From contig JAJYLN010000002.1 of NCBI GenBank assembly GCA_021787665.1, forward strand, positions 74,377 to 138,376: a stretch of 64,000 nucleotides of DNA, read 5' to 3'. The notes beneath the pieces were generated by a model. It ran no database searches. It saw only the letters and a program-made list of their open reading frames with translations, and had not been told where the DNA came from. The translations under genes were made by a program, and so were the position numbers. The stretch comes from a bacterium (GTDB lineage Bacteria > JAMCPX01). This document shows, one piece after another, positions 54,891 to 64,000 of the stretch. The number at the start of each line of letters is the position of its first letter. The first letter of the stretch is position 1.

Positions 54891-56474
54891 ATGCCAAAGG
54901 TGCTTATCGCAGACGGTATAGCGGACGAGGGCCTCAAGATACTGACGACGTCGAACATGCAGGTCGACGTCAGGAAGAAGACAACTGCCGAGGAACTCGC
55001 ATCGCTCATAGCGGACTATGAAGGTCTGGTGGTGAGGAGCGCGAGCAAAGTGACGAAAGAGGTCATAGCCAAGGCCGCGAAGCTGAAGATCATCGGCAGG
55101 GCGGGCATCGGCGTGGACAATGTCGATGTCTCGGCTGCGACCAAGAAAGGCATCGTCGTCATGAATACGCCCGGCGGCAACAGTGTCACGACCGCTGAGC
55201 ACACTCTTGCCATGATCATGGCGATGGCCCGGCGCATACCGCAGGCTACGGCGTCCCTGAAGGCAGGCAAATGGGAAAAAAGCAAGTTCGAGGGCGTTGA
55301 GCTCTATAACAAGACGCTCGGCGTCATAGGATTCGGCAATATCGGAGGCATCCTCGCGGACAGGGCGTTGGGGCTGAAAATGCACGTGATCGTGTTCGAT
55401 CCCTTTATCTCCGAAGAGAAGGCCATGAACCTTGGCGTGAAAAAGGGTTCTCTCGATGAGTTATACGCCACCGCAGACATCATAACCGTCCATACGCCCA
55501 AGACGAAAGAGACTGCAGGTATGCTGAACAAGACGGCGTTCGATAAGATGAAAAAGGGTGTCATGGTGGTCAACTGTGCGCGGGGCGGCATCATCAGCGA
55601 GGCGGATCTGCTCGATGCCCTGCAGTCCGGCAAGGTAGCCAGTGCGGCGCTCGACGTGTACGAGACCGAGCCTCCGGTCGACAACCCCCTCCTGAAGCTG
55701 GACAATGTCGTGGTGACGCCCCACCTCGGAGCGTCGACTCACGAGGCGCAGGTGAACGTGTCGGTCGATATCGCGAAGCAGTTCGTGGACTATTTCACCC
55801 GGGGCACGATCAAGAATGCAGTAAATTATCCATCGATAAGCGTCGAGATGTACCCGTTCCTCGAGCCGTACATACGACTCGTGGAGAAGCTCGGCAGATT
55901 CATGGGACAGCTCTACAAGGGCGACCACATCGAGGAGATTACGATAGAGTACGGCGGAGAGATCACAGAGCTCAACACCCAGCCCGTGACGCTCGCGGGC
56001 CTGAAGGGGTTCCTTCAGCACATGTACGGTGAGGATGTGAACTACATCAATGCGAGTATCATCGCGAAGGAGAACGGCATCAATGTCGTCGAGACGAAAA
56101 CCGGTCAACTGGTTGACTTTACCAATCTGATAACGATCCGGTCGCGATCCGGGACCACGGCGAGGCGGGTATCCGGAGCGGTCTTCGGCAGGAAGCACAT
56201 ACGGCTCACCATGATTGATAATTTTTATATAGAGGCAATCCCGGAGGGCAACATACTTGTCCTGAGAAATATCGATAAGCCAGGAGTCATCGGCAGGCTC
56301 GGCACCTACCTCGGCAAGCACAATATCAATATCGCGAGAATGGAACTTGGCAGAGAATCGGCAGGCAGCGAGGCCATAGCGCTGCTGAACATAGACGATG
56401 AGCCTTCCGACGAGGTGATGCAGGGACTCAGGGGCCTCGAGAACATCATCTCTGCAGAGAAGGTCGCGCTTTAG
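54891..56474 (+). CDS. serA: D-3-phosphoglycerate dehydrogenase with C-terminal ASB/ACT domains.
   Basis: 2-hydroxyacid dehydrogenase fold (…GVIGFGNIGGILA…) plus a ~120-aa ACT-like C-terminus. 527 aa. Confidence 0.85.
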   Translation: MPKVLIADGIADEGLKILTTSNMQVDVRKKTTAEELASLIADYEGLVVRSASKVTKEVIAKAAKLKIIGRAGIGVDNVDVSAATKKGIVVMNTPGGNSVTTAEHTLAMIMAMARRIPQATASLKAGKWEKSKFEGVELYNKTLGVIGFGNIGGILADRALGLKMHVIVFDPFISEEKAMNLGVKKGSLDELYATADIITVHTPKTKETAGMLNKTAFDKMKKGVMVVNCARGGIISEADLLDALQSGKVASAALDVYETEPPVDNPLLKLDNVVVTPHLGASTHEAQVNVSVDIAKQFVDYFTRGTIKNAVNYPSISVEMYPFLEPYIRLVEKLGRFMGQLYKGDHIEEITIEYGGEITELNTQPVTLAGLKGFLQHMYGEDVNYINASIIAKENGINVVETKTGQLVDFTNLITIRSRSGTTARRVSGAVFGRKHIRLTMIDNFYIEAIPEGNILVLRNIDKPGVIGRLGTYLGKHNINIARMELGRESAGSEAIALLNIDDEPSDEVMQGLRGLENIISAEKVAL

Positions 56475-58753
<2,279 letters not shown>

Positions 58754-58928
58754 CTCCTTGATGAAGTTGTCGCCGTTGGCGGAGTAATAAACGGCATGAA
58801 CAGGCTTGGCATCTTTACCTATGACTTCACCGGCACGCATCCCTATTTTACATGAGTAGAGGTATATGTTCCGGGAACAAAAAGCACGGCGCCTCGTTTA
58901 TAGTAGTTAAGGAAATGTGCATCCATTC

Positions 58929-60425
58929 ATGCAGACACTGAAAAAACAGGTTACAGTCCTGCTGGTGACCCTTCTCACAGGGTGCACCGCGCTGCCGGGC
59001 ATACGATCCAACACTTCTCCGTCACCGGGGGCTCAATGGATGCAGGTACCACAGGAGCTCACGACCGGTTACGCAGTACCAGCTACCTCTACGACGATTG
59101 CATCGTTGTTCGAGAAGAAGGGGCAGGACCTTACCCTTGCTGACATTCTTGACATAGCCCTCGGGAACAGCACCATCACGAGAGCTGCATGGTTCCAGGC
59201 ACAGGGTGCTGCGGCCAACGTCGGCAGCGCCCGGTCCCTGTTCTTCCCCACGATCAATGCGGGCGCAGATTATTCGCGGAACGAGTACTCGATAGTGGGT
59301 ACAGCCATCAAGACGCTGTATACCACGTACGGTATGAATGGCAGCCTGAACTATATATTGTTCAACTTCGGCGGAAGGGTGTCGCAGGCGGATGAGGCGA
59401 AATACAACATGATCGCCGCTAACCTCGGCCAAAACACGGCGATACAGAACGTGATCCTGCAGACCGAATCGGTTTATTACCAGTATCTTGCCGCAAAGGC
59501 CCTGCTCGCAGCAGAAGAGGCGAGCCACAGGGAAGCGCAGGAAGCACTCGATGCTGCCCAGGCAAGGCACGACTCAGGGGTCTCGACCATTGCCGACGTG
59601 CTTCAGGCAAAAACTGCCTTCTCGCAGGCACAGCTTGCCCTCGATAATACCAAAGGACAGCTCGAGACGATACGCGGCGGACTTGCAGCAACCATGGGTC
59701 TGCCCGCAAACGTACATTTCAGTGTGGCGGACATTCTTCCGGAGAGCATACCTGTTGAAAAAATCTCCGGGACTGTCGACACGTTGATTAAAGAAGCGGA
59801 AGCCAGCAGGCCTGACCTTGCCGCTGCGAGAGCGCAGGTCAAGAGCTCTGAATACCATATTCATTCCGTATGGGCACAGGGACTGCCGAGTTTTACTCTC
59901 AATGGCTCGGCATCGAGGACGTATCTTTACGGTATACCCGGAAATCCTTATTATGATAGCTATTCTGCAGCGGTCCTCCTGCAAGTACCGCTTTTCTCTG
60001 GCTTCTCGACAGCTTATAATGTGTTTGCAGCTAAAAGTTCTGAACGGGCCGCAAGGGAGCAGGCGGAAAGTATGCGGCAGTCTGTCATACTCGAGGTATG
60101 GAATAGCTACTATAACCTCAGGACGGCCACGCAAGCCGTAAAGACGAGCGAAGACCTGCTTACGAGCGCACAGCAGTCCGAGGACGTGGCGCTTGCGCGC
60201 TATAGAGCAGGGGTCGGCAGCATCATAGACCTGCTGACGGCACAGAGCGCACTCGCTTCTGCGAGGGCGCAGGAGATCCAGGCAAGGGCCGGCTGGTTTA
60301 TCGCGATGGCACAACTTGCACACGACACCGGGACGCTGGAGCCCGGATCACCGGGGCTCAACGAGCCCATCATAAAATCCAGCATCGGGAAGAAGAACGG
60401 AGGTAACGATACCAATGGTAAATGA
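58929..60425 (+). CDS. RND efflux outer-membrane factor lipoprotein (NodT/TolC family).
   Basis: Lipoprotein signal (…LLVTLLTGCTA). Two tandem OEP repeats. The ORF opens at GTG 58917; ATG 58929 was chosen. Confidence 0.8.
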   Translation: MQTLKKQVTVLLVTLLTGCTALPGIRSNTSPSPGAQWMQVPQELTTGYAVPATSTTIASLFEKKGQDLTLADILDIALGNSTITRAAWFQAQGAAANVGSARSLFFPTINAGADYSRNEYSIVGTAIKTLYTTYGMNGSLNYILFNFGGRVSQADEAKYNMIAANLGQNTAIQNVILQTESVYYQYLAAKALLAAEEASHREAQEALDAAQARHDSGVSTIADVLQAKTAFSQAQLALDNTKGQLETIRGGLAATMGLPANVHFSVADILPESIPVEKISGTVDTLIKEAEASRPDLAAARAQVKSSEYHIHSVWAQGLPSFTLNGSASRTYLYGIPGNPYYDSYSAAVLLQVPLFSGFSTAYNVFAAKSSERAAREQAESMRQSVILEVWNSYYNLRTATQAVKTSEDLLTSAQQSEDVALARYRAGVGSIIDLLTAQSALASARAQEIQARAGWFIAMAQLAHDTGTLEPGSPGLNEPIIKSSIGKKNGGNDTNGK

Positions 60426-61590
60426 TCATGGAGCCCACGCATATCGTACGAGTTCCTTCAGGTTCGGAGCACTGGCCACGGGAATACCGTTGCTCATGCT
60501 GGTGCTATCCTCGTGCTCGAAGAGCAGCGGCATGCACAGGAAGGAAACCGCAAGTCCCGTCACGGTTGCGACGGCAGCGAAGGAGACGGTGCCCATACGG
60601 GTGAGCACGATAGGCAACGTCGAGGCCTACTCGACGGTTTCCATAAAGGCATTGGTCGGAGGAGAGCTCAAGCAGATCTATTTCAAGGAAGGGCAGGATG
60701 TCGAGAAGGGTGAGAAACTGTTTCTGATAGACCCGCGACCTTATGAGGCAGCGCTCGAGCAGGCGAAGGCAACCCTCCAGCGCGACAGGGCCCAGTATAA
60801 AAACGCGGAACAGGACGTCCATCGTTACCAAGGCCTTGCAAAGAATGATTATGTCACGCAGGAGCAGTACGAGCAGATCAGGACGAACGCCGCAGCCCTG
60901 AGCGCGACCGTCATGGCGGACGACGCTATGGTAAAGACCGCGCAGCTCCAGCTCGGATACTGCTCTATAGACGCCCCGATATCGGGCAGGACCGGCGATA
61001 TCCTCATGAAGGCGGGGAACATCGTCAAGGCAAACGACTCGAGCCCGCTCGTTACGATTCAGCAAATACGGCCCATCTACGTCAGCTTCGCACTGCCACA
61101 GCATTACGTGCCTGATATACGGGAGTACTCGCGGCATTACAGGCTCAGGGTATCGGTCGTCCCCTCCTCGATAGCGGCTGCCAGGCCTGCCGCCGGCACC
61201 GGGAGACGTGACGCTTACAAGCCGCAGACCGGTGAGCTCACCTTCATGGACAATACCGTCGACACGACAACGGGTACTATTGCGCTGAAGGCGACCTTCC
61301 GCAACAAGCGGGAGCTGCTCTGGCCGGGGGAGTCCATCAATGTCACGCTGACGCTCACTGACCTGCCGGATGCTGTCGTTGTCCCGACGAAGGCGATCCA
61401 GGTATCGCAGCAGGGACAGTACGTTTTCGTTGTTGGGCCGGATAACACCGTCGAGACACGGCCGATCGTCTCGAATTACAGCTATAAACACGAGAGTATC
61501 ATCGAACGTGGTGTCTCGTCCGGGGAGACGGTCGTAACGGACGGTCAGCTCGGGCTCGTGAATGGATCGAAGATCGAGATAAAGCAATAG
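60415..61590 (+). CDS. RND efflux membrane fusion protein (AcrA/HlyD family), lipoprotein.
   Basis: Signal plus lipobox (LLMLVLSSC), coiled-coil and beta-barrel MFP regions (…GEKLFLIDPRPYEAAL…). Overlaps the OMF stop. Confidence 0.85.
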   Translation: MVNDHGAHAYRTSSFRFGALATGIPLLMLVLSSCSKSSGMHRKETASPVTVATAAKETVPIRVSTIGNVEAYSTVSIKALVGGELKQIYFKEGQDVEKGEKLFLIDPRPYEAALEQAKATLQRDRAQYKNAEQDVHRYQGLAKNDYVTQEQYEQIRTNAAALSATVMADDAMVKTAQLQLGYCSIDAPISGRTGDILMKAGNIVKANDSSPLVTIQQIRPIYVSFALPQHYVPDIREYSRHYRLRVSVVPSSIAAARPAAGTGRRDAYKPQTGELTFMDNTVDTTTGTIALKATFRNKRELLWPGESINVTLTLTDLPDAVVVPTKAIQVSQQGQYVFVVGPDNTVETRPIVSNYSYKHESIIERGVSSGETVVTDGQLGLVNGSKIEIKQ

Positions 61591-61613
61591 GGCACGGTAC
61601 AGAGAAGACAGCC

Positions 61614-64000
61614 ATGAACATGTCCGAGCTATTTATCCGCAGGCCTGTTATGACGACCCTGGTCATGCTGGCAATACTCCTGTTCGGCATCATCAGCTAC
61701 AGGATGCTGGCGGTCAGCGACCTGCCGAACGTGGATTTTCCGGTAATCGTTGTCTCTGCCGAGCTCCCCGGCGCAAGCGCGGACACCATGGCGTCCGCTG
61801 TCGCGACACCGCTCGAAAAGCAGTTTACGACCATAGCCGGGCTCGACGCATTATACTCCTCGAACATGCTGGGTGCTACGACCATAACCCTCATGTTCGA
61901 TCTGGACAAGAACATCGACGCTGCTGCGCAGGACGTGCAGTCGGCCATAACCGCAGCTTCGCCGTTCCTGCCACAGGGCATGCCGACGCCCCCGGTATAT
62001 CAGAAGGTGAACCCGGCAGACCAGCCCATCGTGTATATCGCCTTGACGTCGAAAACCATGCCACTCTACACGGTCGACTACTACGGCGAGACCATCATGG
62101 CTGAGCGTATGTCCATGCTGAGCGGCGTATCGCAGGTGCTGGTTTATGGATCGCAGAAATACGCTGTCCGGGTACAGGTGAACCCCAATATGCTTGCCGG
62201 CCTCGGTATCGGGATAGACCAGGTCGCCAGCGCCATACAGTCGGCCAATGTCGAGCTGCCCACAGGCGTGCTCGACGGCGAACACGCTGCGTACACGATC
62301 CAGGCGAACGGCCAACTCACGGACGCGAGCCTGTACAGGCCCCTGATCGTCGCCTACCACAACGGCAGTCCGGTACGTATCGAGGACATAGGAAGAGCTA
62401 TCGATAGCGTCCAGAACGATAAAACCGCTGCATGGTACGTGAATAACAGAGAACATGCGCTCGACAGATCTGTTATCCTTGCTGTAGAGCGGCAGCCCGG
62501 CAGCAATGTCGTTAATGTCGCGGGCAGGGTGAGGAAGCTGCTCCCGGAGTTTAAACGGGATCTTCCCGCTGCGATCTCCATGCACCTGCTCTTCGACAGG
62601 TCGGAGTCTATCAGGGAATCCATAAACGACGTCAAGCTGACTCTCGTTATCGCCCTCGTCCTCGTGGTTCTCGTCATCTTTATGTTCCTGAGGAATCTCT
62701 CTGCCACTATTATTCCGAGTCTGTCCCTGCCGCTGTCGATCTTCGGCACCTTTGGGATCATGTACCTTCTCGGGTATACGATAGACAACCTTTCCATGAT
62801 GGCATTGGTGCTGGCCATCGGCTTCGTTATCGACGATGCGATAGTCATGCTCGAAAACATCGTCAGGCACATAGAGATGGGAGAAGCGACGCTCGAGGCT
62901 GCGCTGAACGGCTCCAGGGAAATAGGCTTTACGATCCTGTCCATGACCCTGTCCCTTGCGGCCGTGTTTATCCCCATCATCTTCATGGGCGGCATCATCG
63001 GCAAACTGTTCCATGAGTTTGCGGTGACGATAGGCGTGGCGATACTTGTCTCGGGCTTTGTGTCCCTGACTCTGACGCCCATGCTGACCAGCAGGTTCAT
63101 CAGACACGTCGATCCTTCGACATACGGAAGGCTCTACCGGATGTCGGAACGCGCGTTCGATGCGATGTTGAACGCCTATAAGACAAGCCTTCGGTGGGTC
63201 ATTGACCACAAGAGGATCGCCCTGCTGTTCTCTCTTGTCGTGCTGCTGCTTATGGCGGTGCTGTTCAAGGTGGTACCGAAGGGTTTTATGCCGAGCGAGG
63301 ACCAGAACATGATCTTCGGTGTGACCGAGGCCGCGCAGGGGATATCGTTCAAGTCCATGGTCCACCACCAGCTCGAGGTGGCGAATATCGTAAAGCAGAA
63401 CCCCAATGTATCTTCTTTTATGTCGAGCTGCGGTGCGAGGGGCGGCATCACGGGCAGCAATTCCGGCGTCATGTTCATGAAGCTGCTGCCACGATCAAAG
63501 CGGGTAGGCGAGGTGACCCCGGAACAGATCATACAACAGCTCCAGGCGAAGATCGCAAACATCCCCGGTATCCGCGTATTCCTCCAGAATCCTCCCCCGA
63601 TCCAGTTGAGCGGGAGGTTCGCAAAGAGCCTCTACCAGTACACGCTCCAGGGTTCCGGCTCCAACACCGGTGATCTTTACCGGTACGCACAGATCTTGGA
63701 AGCGAAGATGAAGGTACTGCCCGGGCTGCAGGACGTCAACTCGGACCTCGAGATCTCGAACCCCCAGATTAACCTCGCCATCGAAAGGGACAAGGCATCC
63801 CAGCTCGGGGTCTCTGCGTACCAGATAGAGCATGCTCTTGCCTACGCGTACAGCTCCGCGCAGGTGTCCACTATATACGCCGCGGATAATGAATACGACG
63901 TCATCCTCGAGCTCGAGCCGCAGTACCAAAAAAACCCATCCGCGCTGTCCATGCTGTACGTCAGGTCATCGTCCGGCACGCTCGTCCCCCTCGATAGCGT
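61614..64000 (+). CDS. RND multidrug efflux transporter permease (AcrB/HAE1 family), 5' ~795 codons; continues beyond the window.
   Basis: N-terminus MNMSELFIRRPVMTTLVMLAILLFGIISYRMLAVSDLPNVDFPVIVV is a classic AcrB start. The frame stays open to the window end. Confidence 0.85.
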   Translation, partial: MNMSELFIRRPVMTTLVMLAILLFGIISYRMLAVSDLPNVDFPVIVVSAELPGASADTMASAVATPLEKQFTTIAGLDALYSSNMLGATTITLMFDLDKNIDAAAQDVQSAITAASPFLPQGMPTPPVYQKVNPADQPIVYIALTSKTMPLYTVDYYGETIMAERMSMLSGVSQVLVYGSQKYAVRVQVNPNMLAGLGIGIDQVASAIQSANVELPTGVLDGEHAAYTIQANGQLTDASLYRPLIVAYHNGSPVRIEDIGRAIDSVQNDKTAAWYVNNREHALDRSVILAVERQPGSNVVNVAGRVRKLLPEFKRDLPAAISMHLLFDRSESIRESINDVKLTLVIALVLVVLVIFMFLRNLSATIIPSLSLPLSIFGTFGIMYLLGYTIDNLSMMALVLAIGFVIDDAIVMLENIVRHIEMGEATLEAALNGSREIGFTILSMTLSLAAVFIPIIFMGGIIGKLFHEFAVTIGVAILVSGFVSLTLTPMLTSRFIRHVDPSTYGRLYRMSERAFDAMLNAYKTSLRWVIDHKRIALLFSLVVLLLMAVLFKVVPKGFMPSEDQNMIFGVTEAAQGISFKSMVHHQLEVANIVKQNPNVSSFMSSCGARGGITGSNSGVMFMKLLPRSKRVGEVTPEQIIQQLQAKIANIPGIRVFLQNPPPIQLSGRFAKSLYQYTLQGSGSNTGDLYRYAQILEAKMKVLPGLQDVNSDLEISNPQINLAIERDKASQLGVSAYQIEHALAYAYSSAQVSTIYAADNEYDVILELEPQYQKNPSALSMLYVRSSSGTLVPLDS

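Noticed and set aside
58754-58928. Short ORFs in the purA-OMF intergenic region, including a 60-codon minus-strand ORF overlapping the purA 3' end.
   Set aside because: Below the length where composition is informative, no RBS, and it overlaps a well-supported gene. Treated as intergenic promoter region for the efflux operon.

Overview
This 64-kb window looks like core chromosome from a GC-rich (~55-58%) diderm bacterium; no transposase, integrase, CRISPR array or tRNA/rRNA gene is visible. All calls are from reading the sequence and ORF translations by eye; no database search was possible.

Gene content, left to right:
- 3' end of a signal peptidase I (lepB) gene with an apparent +1 frameshift.
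- Two Thr/Ser/Gly-rich predicted lipoproteins, each apparently its own transcription unit (promoter and terminator visible for the second).
- A TamB-like (DUF490) inner-membrane protein translationally coupled to a 942-aa Omp85 (BamA/TamA) homologue.
- A minus-strand fusion of a GT-C/PMT_2 (GT39/ArnT-like) membrane glycosyltransferase with a C-terminal FGE-sulfatase (SUMF1) domain.
- recG.
- A minus-strand NHL-repeat/fibronectin-III surface lipoprotein carrying four near-identical 129-bp tandem repeats, flanked by an orphan terminator and a gene remnant.
- coaE, a fused (alpha+beta) family I CoA-transferase, and a DUF1302-like outer-membrane beta-barrel.
- trpF on the plus strand, convergent with a minus-strand TPR-lipoprotein-trpE-trpG-trpD-trpC-trpB2 operon (no trpA).
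- A minus-strand block: crotonase, heptose kinase (HldE domain I), GT9 heptosyltransferase, an 1828-aa cytoplasmic TPR protein, and two small envelope proteins.
- A ~14-kb co-directional TCA supercluster (acn, icd, mdh, fumAB class I, sdhCDAB, sucCD, korDABC), followed by a class V aminotransferase, serA, hisZ and purA.
- A tripartite RND efflux system (NodT-type lipoprotein, membrane fusion protein, AcrB-like pump running off the window end).

Non-genic observations:
- A ~65-nt intergenic element is present twice, at 176-240 and 12853-13002; each copy has the conserved 16-mer AAAATGCAGAGAAGAT and the hairpin GCGGC-TGAAA-GCCGC.
- A perfect 12-bp-arm palindrome overlaps a TTGACA hexamer in the divergent recG / GT39-FGE promoter region.
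- sucD carries a lysine-rich C-terminal tail.
- The window contains many long antisense ORFs; I treat them as GC3-driven artefacts.

I could not assign any region to a known defence or mobile system. The most unusual content is the envelope/glycosylation-related genes (GT39-FGE fusion, giant TPR operon, NHL island) and the repeated intergenic element.
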